DNA from: an uncultured Verrucomicrobiae bacterium
GTDB taxonomy: Bacteria > Verrucomicrobiota > Verrucomicrobiia > Limisphaerales > Palsa-1400
Reading direction: 5' to 3'
Length of the DNA stretch: 64,000 nucleotides
NCBI GenBank assembly: GCA_963707025.1
Contig: CAVPOM010000017.1
Span: forward strand, 32,001-96,000
The first letter of the stretch is position 1. Each line of letters opens with the position of its first letter. This document shows, in pieces, positions 34,806 through 42,649 of this stretch. Under the pieces are notes generated by a model. It was not told the DNA's origin. It saw only the letters and a program-made list of their open reading frames with translations, and did no database searches. Both the position numbers and the translations under genes were made by a program.

Positions 34806-35000
34806 AGATCAGTTCGCCTGCAAACGGTTTCGAGGCCGTGGGTTTTGACACCCAAAATCAAAGAACAAATTCACCTACACCCGTCGTTTATCAGCGGAGG
34901 CGGGGCAGTCAAGGGTTTTTTATTAAAAACCGAGAGCATCATAAACCGCACCTGGATTTGTGCAAGCACTTATTTTCGTAACATATTGATGTAACAGGTG

Positions 35001-35519
35001 TTACGTATGCTTGATGAGTCTTTTTTTGTGCTTGGTGAGTCCCGTTTGGATGCTTGGTGAGGGCGATTTTATGCTTGGTGAGTGTTTGTTGATGCTAGAT
35101 GAGAATTTTTTGGGTGTTTTTCCCTCTTTTGAAATTTTCTTCAAAACTGGTTTTTTGGTGTGTTTCCACCGTGCTGCCGCCGCAATCTTTGCCCTTCTAT
35201 GGCGTCTGAGTCGTGACCACTGAAAGAATATCCACTCCATATTAAGATATTCATCATTGGTAAACCCGTGTTCGCTGTAATGCTTTACGATTGTTTCCGC
35301 TGTCCAATTTCCATCCCTAAACTTTGGGTTTGTCATCTCTATGATTGCCTCGTGAGGTGGAAGTGTTGGAGGAGTTAAAAGGCGCTGCTTCCACCAGGGA
35401 AGAAAATCCAGAAAGAATTTCATCCGTCGTTTGAGTGTGCGAGCACTTCCGATCTGACCGCCCACAATTCGCCTCAGAAATTCATTGAGGCTCACCGGGA
35501 AGATCAAAGGCTTAGGCAC
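35001..35519 (-). CDS. 172-aa basic hypothetical protein (transposon cargo)
   Basis: Contains RRAKIAAAARW and a Lys/Ser/Pro-rich tail. Confidence 0.6.
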   Translation of the reverse strand: MPKPLIFPVSLNEFLRRIVGGQIGSARTLKRRMKFFLDFLPWWKQRLLTPPTLPPHEAIIEMTNPKFRDGNWTAETIVKHYSEHGFTNDEYLNMEWIFFQWSRLRRHRRAKIAAAARWKHTKKPVLKKISKEGKTPKKFSSSINKHSPSIKSPSPSIQTGLTKHKKRLIKHT

Positions 35520-35562
35520 TCCGAAATAAAGCCCAAATCCCGCCCATGAAGAAAGCCCGAAA

Positions 35563-35697
35563 TTACCGCTTTTTCTTGGGTTTTTTGACGGGCGGGGCGA
35601 TAATTGGCTGGTTGCTCAGGGCGATCACGTCCTGCATGATGGAGTGCATCCGCATGTTGGCGTCTGCCGGGCGACGTTTTTTGGCTTGTTTCGTCAT
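35563..35697 (-). CDS. 44-aa basic peptide MTKQAKKRRPADANMRMHSIMQDVIALSNQPIIAPPVKKPKKKR
   Basis: Read manually (shorter than any ORF in the track); co-oriented with the other cargo just inside the right TIR. Confidence 0.5.
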   Translation of the reverse strand: MTKQAKKRRPADANMRMHSIMQDVIALSNQPIIAPPVKKPKKKR

Positions 35698-36068
35698 GCC
35701 GCCAGCTTACCATGCCAGGGCGGGCGGGCGAAAAGAAAATTCAAAGTAGCCCACTACCCCTTTTTCCCTTATCTTTGTCAACCGAACTGAGTATGTTTGG
35801 GTGGTGGCCGTCGCTCATGGAAGCCAGGCGTCCGGGCTATTGGAAAAATCGAATTGCGGAAGTCGGCCCATGACACAGCGGCCAACGGCACCTTTGGAGT
35901 GAGTCGCCTTTGACGGCGCTAAAACATCCGCCCATAGATGGCATCTTCCGGATTATTCCAGAATTCGAAGGCCGGTTCTGCCAACCGGGACCAGGCCAAA
36001 TCGTCCAGCGAGATCTTCAGATGCCGCGGGAGAATTCGGAGCAACTCCACCTGCTCTTTCACATCCAG

Positions 36069-37544
36069 TGAGGTGGACCCCATCCTTTAGACCACGGAGC
36101 GCGGAGAATAAGATAGACTCTGGAGGTCCGCTGTCATTTGTATTTTTGTTTGTCTGTTGTTCATTCCGCGCTTCCAAACCCTTTCGAAAGAGAGAACGAG
36201 CCGCGCCTGGCACCGCCCGTCCTCCCTCTCCGTTTTCTTAGGGTTTCCAACCTTACCGCCGCAGGCGGTCTGATTTCAAGTTTTTCCGGCCGGCCGAGCC
36301 CTCCTTGGGCTGCATCGCTTCCCATCGGGCCGGTTGGGCTCCGTAGGCCCCGGGATCAGAATACACGGCCGCGGGCGTCGCATAGTGCAAAGCCGCGTGC
36401 GGACGCAACCGGTTGTAATCCTCAAACCAGCGCGCCAGCCCGCGCCCGGCCTCGATCCCGTCCAGGTAATCTTGCAGATATATGTCCTCATGCTTGACGC
36501 TCCGCCACAACCGCTCGATAAACCGGTTGTCCATCCACCGCCCCCGGCCATCCATGCTCACGTCCACCCCCGCCGATTCCACCGCGTCAATATACAGCGG
36601 CGAAGTGAACTGCGACCCCTGGTCGGTGTTGGCGATCAGCGGGGCCTTCCGCCCGCTCTGCAGCGCCGCTTCCCAGGCGTCCACGCAGAAGGCGCTCTCC
36701 AACGTGTTGCTCAAGCGCCACGCCAGCACATACCGGCTCCACCAATCCATCACCGCCACCAGATACATAAACCCCTGTGCCATCGGCACATAGGTGATGT
36801 CCGCGCACCAAGCCTGATCGGGCCCGGTGATCTCCAACTCGCCCAACAGATACGGATAGATCTGATGGCCCGGCCCCGGCAGGCTGGTCCGGGGTTTGCG
36901 GTAGATGGCCTCGATGCCCATGACCCGCAACAGCCGCACCACCCGCTTGCGATTGACTTCCCAGCCCTCCCGGCCCAACAGCACCCGCAACTTGCGGCTG
37001 CCATAGACCGGATGGTCCAAGTGCAACTGGTCCAAACGCCGCATCAGCGCCAGATTCTCCGGCGTCTCGGGGCACGGTTGGTAATAGTAACTGCTCCGGC
37101 ATAAATCCAGCAGGTCGCACTGATGCCGCACGCTCACCTGCGCATCCGGGCCGACCAACTCCGCCAGGCTCTTTAAAGGCCCAGTTGTTTGGATTTTTTT
37201 TTCAGCCAGTCCAGGTCCACCGTCAACTGCCCGATCTTCTGGTGCAATTGCCCGATCAACTCCTCCTGGTCTGCGCTGCCCGCATGCCCCGCCTCAAACA
37301 GGTCGGGCAACCGGTCGCGAATCGTCGCTTTCCATTGCGTGACCTGGGTCGGATGCACCGCGTACTCTCGCGCCAGCTGCGCGACCGTCTTAAGCCCCAC
37401 CAGGGCTTCGAATCCCACTTTGGCCTTGAAGGCCGCACTGTGCCGCTTCCGTTTTGTTTTCATCAGTCTGCTTTCTCTCATTTCCAGCAGACCAACAAAA
37501 GTCTATCTTCTTCAGCAGTGGTCTAGTTTTTGGGGACCCCCTCA
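36069..37544 (-). mobile_element. IS3-family insertion sequence (1476 bp)
   Basis: TG..CA ends; imperfect TIRs TGAGGTGGACCCCATCCTTTAGACCAC / TGAGGGGGTCCCCAAAAACTAGACCAC; 3-bp TSD CAG at 36066-36068 and 37545-37547. Confidence 0.92.
36253..37463 (-). CDS. IS3 transposase OrfAB (orfA 37173-37463; orfB in the -1 frame)
   Basis: orfA HTH; A9 slippery run at 37194-37202 with an open -1 frame into orfB; WCADITY, NTDQGSQF, DNRFIERLWRSVK. Confidence 0.92.
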
Positions 37545-37743
37545 CAGTTTATCAATGGCCGCGCTGATTTCGACGACAGTGCTCATACCGAAACGTTATC
37601 GCTCACTGAGAGTAAAAGCAAGCCGCCAAACCGCTCTCCGCACGAAGTTTAAATCATAACGACGCGCTTCGTTTCCGCTCGCGCCTCCAAAAAAAACTGG
37701 CGCAGCCCGCCCTCTTCACCCAACATCCCTGCGTTCGACTGGC

Positions 37744-37986
37744 ATGAAAGCAAAAATTATTGTCACTCCCAAAAAGGCCGTGCTCGACCCGCAAGGCAAA
37801 ACCGTGGCCAACGCCCTGGAACAAATGGGCTACAAGGGCCTGGGCGCCGTCCACGTCGGCAAATACCTCGAAATCGAGCTGCCCGCCGGCGACCGGGAAT
37901 CCTGGCGCCGGCAGCTCGACGAGGCCTGCCATAGAATCCTTAGCAACCCCGTCATCGAGGATTATCAACTGGAAATCGAGCCATGA
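37744..37986 (+). CDS. purS: FGAM synthase subunit PurS
   Basis: VLDPQG..LSNPVIEDY. Confidence 0.95.
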   Translation: MKAKIIVTPKKAVLDPQGKTVANALEQMGYKGLGAVHVGKYLEIELPAGDRESWRRQLDEACHRILSNPVIEDYQLEIEP

Positions 37987-38693
37987 ATTTCGCCGTCCTG
38001 CAATTCCCCGCCTCCAACTGCGACCAGGACGCCCTCCATGTCCTCCAGAACGTGCTCGGCCATTCCGCCCGGCTGCTCTGGCACAAGGACCATTCCCTGG
38101 CCGGCTGCGACGGCGTGATCATTCCCGGCGGCTTCAGCTACGGCGATTATTTGCGCACCGGGGCGATTGCCCGTTTCAGCCCCATCATGCAGGCCGTGCA
38201 GGCCTTTGCCGCGCAAGGCGGCCCGGTGCTGGGCATCTGCAACGGCTTTCAAATCCTGTGCGAAGCCGGCCTCCTGCCCGGCGCCTTGATCCGCAACCGC
38301 TCCCTCCAATTCCGTTGCGAGCACATTTTCCTGAAAACCGCCGCGCACGACAGTCCCTTCACCGGCAAAATTCCCGAAGGCAAACTGCTGCGCATTCCCA
38401 TTGCCCACGGCGAAGGCTGTTATTTCGCCGACGACGCCACCCTGGAGAAACTCAAGGCCGGCCGTCAAATCCTCTGGCAATACGTCAACGCCGCCGGTGA
38501 ACTCACCGACCAGTCCAATCCCAACGGTTCCCTGCGCAACATCGCCGGCATCTGCAACCCCGCGCGCAACGTGGCCGGCCTCATGCCCCACCCCGAACGC
38601 GCCAGCGAACCGCTCCTGGGCAGCGCCGACGGCCTATTGATTTTCGACAGCCTGGTCTCCTGGCTCCAAGCCAAACTCGCCCAAGCGGCGTGA
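37983..38693 (+). CDS. purQ: FGAM synthase glutaminase subunit PurQ
   Basis: PGGFSYGDYLRTGA, GICNGFQIL, MPHPER. Confidence 0.97.
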   Translation: MNFAVLQFPASNCDQDALHVLQNVLGHSARLLWHKDHSLAGCDGVIIPGGFSYGDYLRTGAIARFSPIMQAVQAFAAQGGPVLGICNGFQILCEAGLLPGALIRNRSLQFRCEHIFLKTAAHDSPFTGKIPEGKLLRIPIAHGEGCYFADDATLEKLKAGRQILWQYVNAAGELTDQSNPNGSLRNIAGICNPARNVAGLMPHPERASEPLLGSADGLLIFDSLVSWLQAKLAQAA

Positions 38694-38720
38694 TAAAAGC
38701 CTGTGAAAATCGACAAGAAT

Positions 38721-38933
38721 ATGCGTTATACAATCCTCCTTGAACACGGGCCGAAAAACTTCAGCGCCTATGCGCCGGATTTCGCCGGCTGTGTCGCTGC
38801 CGCGGCCACGGAACAGGAAACCCTGGCGCTGATGAAAGAAGCCTTGGAAATGCACATCGAAGACATGCGTGAACGGGGCGAACCCATCCCGAAGCCTGGC
38901 GCCATGCGAGAAATCGAGATTGCCGCAAAGTAG
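38721..38933 (+). CDS. hicB: HicB-family antitoxin, orphan copy
   Basis: NFSAYAPDFAGCVA..GEPIPKP; near-identical to 40188-40397. Confidence 0.85.
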   Translation: MRYTILLEHGPKNFSAYAPDFAGCVAAAATEQETLALMKEALEMHIEDMRERGEPIPKPGAMREIEIAAK

Positions 38934-38946
38934 GACCGCCCCGCAA

Positions 38947-39969
38947 ATGAGAATCCCGCATCCCATTCCTTATCAAGGCAGCAAGCGGGGTCTGGCTTCA
39001 GCGATATTGGCTTACTTCCCCGATCCAATGGGCCGCCTGATTGAACCATTTGCCGGTTCCGCCGCGCTCACCCTGGCCGCAGCTTCCCGTGGTCTTGCTT
39101 CCGGCTATGTTATCAACGACTTGAACGAGCCGTTGATGAACCTGTGGCGCGCCATCATCAACTCACCGGAGCGGCTGGCCCGCCAGTACGAATCCCTCTG
39201 GAAAGCTCAACACGCCGAAGACCGCCGCCGCTATTACGATGCGGTCCGCGACGAATTCAATCGCACAGGCCAGCCGGAACACCTGCTCTACTTGCTCGCG
39301 CGTTGCGTGAAAGCCTCCGTGCGCTACAATACCAGCGGTGCATTCAACCAAAGCCCGGACAATCGCCGCATGGGCGCTCTGCCCGCGACCCTGCGCGAGC
39401 ATATTTTCGGCGCGTCCCGTTTGCTTAAAGGGCGCACCGAGTGCCGTTCCCAGGATTACAAGGAAGTGCTCGCCGAAGCCGGGGCCGGCGATCTGATTTA
39501 CATGGATCCCCCTTACCAGGGCGTCTGCGCCAACCGCGACCCGCGATATTTGAAGTCCATTTTATTTGACGATTTTGTTGAGCAATTGGATTCGTTGAAT
39601 TGCCGCAACATGAGCTATCTCGTCAGCTACGACGGCAAAACGGGAGAAAAGACTCATGGTCGCCGGCTTCCGCCGCGGCTCGGTTTGCATCTGGTGGAAC
39701 TCGAAGCTGGCCGCTCCTCGCAAGCAACCTTGCTCGGCCGCCGCGAGGCGACAGTTGAATCCCTCTACATTTCACCGGCCCTTGCTGAACGCTTGCATCC
39801 TGACCGCCATCGCTTCCCGGCGGGCCATCGGTTTATTGGGGCTCCGTGCTCCCGCACCATCCCAAACGGCAGGGTGAGTCTCCGTCGAACCCGGACTAAT
39901 GCCCTTCAGCGTCCGTTCGCAAGCAGTCAGGAATTCACGGCTCGAACTGAGTCTCGCCCTCCCGTCTGA
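38947..39969 (+). CDS. Dam-type (D12 class) N6-adenine DNA methyltransferase, orphan
   Basis: PYQGSKR, IEPFAGS, YMDPPY. Confidence 0.9.
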   Translation: MRIPHPIPYQGSKRGLASAILAYFPDPMGRLIEPFAGSAALTLAAASRGLASGYVINDLNEPLMNLWRAIINSPERLARQYESLWKAQHAEDRRRYYDAVRDEFNRTGQPEHLLYLLARCVKASVRYNTSGAFNQSPDNRRMGALPATLREHIFGASRLLKGRTECRSQDYKEVLAEAGAGDLIYMDPPYQGVCANRDPRYLKSILFDDFVEQLDSLNCRNMSYLVSYDGKTGEKTHGRRLPPRLGLHLVELEAGRSSQATLLGRREATVESLYISPALAERLHPDRHRFPAGHRFIGAPCSRTIPNGRVSLRRTRTNALQRPFASSQEFTARTESRPPV

Positions 39970-39999
39970 AAAAAGCACAAAACATTGTGGTAAAAGCCT

Positions 40000-40185
40000 G
40001 TGAAAATCCGGGAAATCATCCGGCGAATAGAAGAGGACGGCTGGTTCCTGGTGCGGACTCGTGGCAGTCATCGTCAATATCACCATGCAACGAAGCCAGG
40101 CACTGTGACAATTGCCGGACATCCGGGAGAAGATTTGCACCCGAAGACCTTAAATAGTATTCTGAGACAATCAGGACTCAAATAA
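40000..40185 (+). CDS. hicA: HicA-family toxin
   Basis: DGWFLVRTRGSHRQYHHATKPGTVTIAGH..TLNSILRQSGL. Confidence 0.92.
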   Translation: MKIREIIRRIEEDGWFLVRTRGSHRQYHHATKPGTVTIAGHPGEDLHPKTLNSILRQSGLK

Positions 40186-40187
40186 AT

Positions 40188-40397
40188 ATGCGTTATACAA
40201 TCCTCATTGAGCACGGGCCGAAAAACTTCAGCGCCTATGCGCCGGATTTCCCCGGCTGTGTCGCTGCCGCGGCCACCGAACAGGAAACATTGGCACTAAT
40301 GAAGGAAGCCTTGGAAATGCACATCGAAGATATGCGTGAGCGAGGCGAACCCATCCCGCAGCCAAGCGCCATGCGAGAAATCGAAATTGCCGCATGA
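40188..40397 (+). CDS. hicB: HicB-family antitoxin
   Basis: Follows hicA after 2 nt; NFSAYAPDFPGCVA. Confidence 0.9.
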   Translation: MRYTILIEHGPKNFSAYAPDFPGCVAAAATEQETLALMKEALEMHIEDMRERGEPIPQPSAMREIEIAA

Positions 40398-40416
40398 GCT
40401 TGGCATCACACTTTCC

Positions 40417-40596
40417 ATGCAGCGAAAACTCCCAGCGCCACGCAACGAACGCGAGTACCGCCAACTCGTGAAACTCCTCGATCGTCTCGTTGACGAAGTG
40501 GGCGAGGACGAAAACCATCCGCTCGCTTCCATGATGGAAGTTCTTGGCGTCCTTATCGAAGAATACGAGGACGAGCATGTGGCGGAACTGGCGTGA
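40417..40596 (+). CDS. HigA-like antitoxin N-terminal fragment lacking the HTH
   Basis: RNEREY..LDRLVDEVGEDENHPLASMMEVLGVLIEEYEDEH. Confidence 0.6.
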   Translation: MQRKLPAPRNEREYRQLVKLLDRLVDEVGEDENHPLASMMEVLGVLIEEYEDEHVAELA

Positions 40597-40601
40597 TTAT
40601 C

Positions 40602-41282
40602 ATGGCGAACGATTGGTTCAGAAAAACAAGTTGGAGTGAGGCCGACCAAGCTGATTACTTTGCTCGCCTCAAAAGAAGCCGCGGCGCGGGCAACAAAGCA
40701 CAATATTTGCGAATTCAAGCCATTTATCTTGAAGGCGTCGGTTCACCAGAACTTCTGCGGTCGGCGATCACACTTTTGGACAAAATGCTTGGTGAATTTC
40801 CAGATTCAATCGAATTGGCTTCTGCTTACGGCCAGAAAGCAAGCTGTTTGGCTAAACTCGGTGAACTTGATCAGGCCCTTGTTTTTTATCGTTGCGCTCT
40901 TGAGAGGGAGCGCAGATTTCCACATGTGCGAACTCAGGCTTATATTGAGTTTGGAAAACTTGTGGTCGAAAATGAGTTGGCACAGCTTTTCGACGAAACT
41001 TTAGCAGTGCTTGATGAACGTAAGTTAAGTGAATTCCAGTTTCCCGTTGAAATTTATCAAACATTCGGAATTCGCGCGATTATGGCAGCGCAAAAGGGAG
41101 AAACCGAAAAGGCCAGGGCGCTCGCCAACGTTGCCCTTGAAGCTGCGGCCAAAACTCATTCGGGTCTTCGATATCATCCAACGGTCGGACTGGTGCAAGA
41201 CCGAGAGTCCAAATTCGACAAGTCCATTGAAACAATTGCCGCAAATCACATTCAGAGCTTTGCAAAAAGATTTAATCCATGA
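40602..41282 (+). CDS. TPR-like helical hypothetical protein
   Basis: 227-aa lower-GC ORF; KAQYLRIQA and AYGQKASCLAKLGELDQAL helical repeats. Confidence 0.65.
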   Translation: MANDWFRKTSWSEADQADYFARLKRSRGAGNKAQYLRIQAIYLEGVGSPELLRSAITLLDKMLGEFPDSIELASAYGQKASCLAKLGELDQALVFYRCALERERRFPHVRTQAYIEFGKLVVENELAQLFDETLAVLDERKLSEFQFPVEIYQTFGIRAIMAAQKGETEKARALANVALEAAAKTHSGLRYHPTVGLVQDRESKFDKSIETIAANHIQSFAKRFNP

Positions 41283-41336
41283 CCGAACCCGCCATCACCC
41301 CTGAACTGGTCCAACTGCACAGCCTCACCCTGGACG
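41277..41336 (+). repeat. Duplicated purL 5' end (pseudo-start [11 protein letters not shown])
   Basis: CCATGACCGAACCCGCCATCACCCC(T/C)GAACTGGT also at 42648-42681. Confidence 0.85.
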
Positions 41337-41366
41337 GGCGCGCGGTTTCGCGGAAGGTTTGATTCC

Positions 41367-42642
41367 GTGAAAACCCTGTCCCTCCAGCGAAAAAATTCCG
41401 CCGTCCATCGCACCACACAAAGCGGGGGGCGGTCGAGTTACAACGCCTGGTCGGGCGGCATCGCGGCCTTGCTGGAGGAAGCGCGCCGCCAATCCGCCCG
41501 CTCTGTCAACGTCATCCTTACCGCGACCTACTGGGAAATCGGCCGCCGCATCGTGCAGTTCGCGCAGCAAGGCGAGAAGCGGGCGGAGTATGGAGATGAG
41601 GTGTTGGAACGCCTTTCCCGCGATCTAACAAAAAAATTTGGCCGCGGATTCTCCCGGCAAAACCTTCAGCAAATACGCCAGTTCTACGCTTTTAATCCAC
41701 CAGAAAAGATTTGCCAGACACTGTCTGGCAAATTGGTGAAGGATGTGCAAAGCAGCATCGAAAATGTTCAGAACACCGTCTGAACAATTCATGACGCTTC
41801 AAATTTGCCAGACGCTGTCTGGCACCTCCGCCGGGCCAATTCGCGCCACAGCGTCGCGTAAATCTGAACTTGACCTCGCGTTCTACCTCGAAGCCCTGTG
41901 CCACGCCTTTCCGCTATCGTGGTCGCATTACGTTCGTTTGCTCACCGTGGAGAAACCGGAAGCGCGCCAGTTTTACGAAACCGAATCCCTGCGCGGCGGC
42001 TGGAGCGTGCGTCAGTTGGATCGCCAAATCAGCACGCTCTTTTACGAGCGCACCGCGCTGTCGAAGAATAAAGCCAGGCTGCTCACCACCGGCGCAAAGG
42101 CGCGCCCCGAAGACGCCGTGAGCGCGGAGGAGGAAATCAAAAGCCCCTACGTTCTGGAATTCTTGAACCTGCGCGATGACTATGCCGAAAGCGATTTGGA
42201 GGACGCTCTCGTCCGCCATCTCGAAGCGTTTCTGCTGGAGTTGGGAAACGATTTCACCTTCGTCGCGCGGCGGAAGCGGATTCGCGTCGGCAAGCAATGG
42301 TATCGCATTGACCTGTTGCTGTTTCATCGCCGGCTGCGCTGCCTGTTCATTTTCGATTTGAAGCTGGGCCGTTTCACGCACGCGGACGCGGGTCAGATGA
42401 ATTTGTATGTGAATTACGCCGCCGGGCATCTGACATTGCCGGAGGAAAATCCGCCCGTCGGCCTCGTGTTGTGTTCCGAACACGACGAAGCCGTGGCGCG
42501 CTATTCGATGGGCAACCTGACCAACAAAATTCTCGCCGCGCAATACAAGCTGGCCTTGCCTGACCTGCGCCTGCTGGAAAAAGAAATTGAGAAGACGCGC
42601 CGCCTGCTCGAATCTCCCGCACGGCGGATGCGCCAAAAATAA
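41367..42642 (+). CDS. YhcG/DUF1016 PD-(D/E)XK nuclease-domain protein (frameshift near 41750)
   Basis: YWEIGRRIV, GRGFSRQNL, LSWSHY, PYVLEFL, FLLELG, IDLLLFHRRL. Confidence 0.88.
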
Positions 42643-42649
42643 TCAAGCC

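Larger units (their letters stand above)
32555..35758. mobile_element. IS1-family cargo-carrying transposon (3204 bp)
   Basis: Perfect 19-bp TIR GGTAGTGGGCTACTTTGAA at 32555-32573 and 35740-35758; 8-bp TSD CCTTTTTC at 32547-32554 and 35759-35766; AT-richer than host. Confidence 0.93.
32331..35873 (+). pseudogene. RelE/ParE-family toxin split by the IS1-family element (5' part 32331-32554, 3' part 35767-35873)
   Basis: Rejoined: ..LHPEARAELQESVNFY..LKQFPFS|LIFVNRTEYVWVVAVAHGS; RRPGYWKNR follows after one extra base near 35824. Confidence 0.85.
35919..37586 (-). pseudogene. 62-aa antitoxin-like gene split by IS3
   Basis: Rejoined MSTVVEISAAIDKL|DVKEQVELLRILPRHLKISLDDLAWSRLAEPAFEFWNNPEDAIYGRMF. 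Confidence 0.7.

Noticed and set aside
35546..35749. 67-aa plus-strand ORF inside the transposon
   Set aside because: Antisense to the better-looking 44-aa basic ORF and runs into the TIR
38947..42642. Complete restriction-modification system (methylase + YhcG nuclease)
   Set aside because: The genes are separated by unrelated TA/TPR genes and the purL stub, suggesting independent arrivals; YhcG is not an established cognate restriction enzyme
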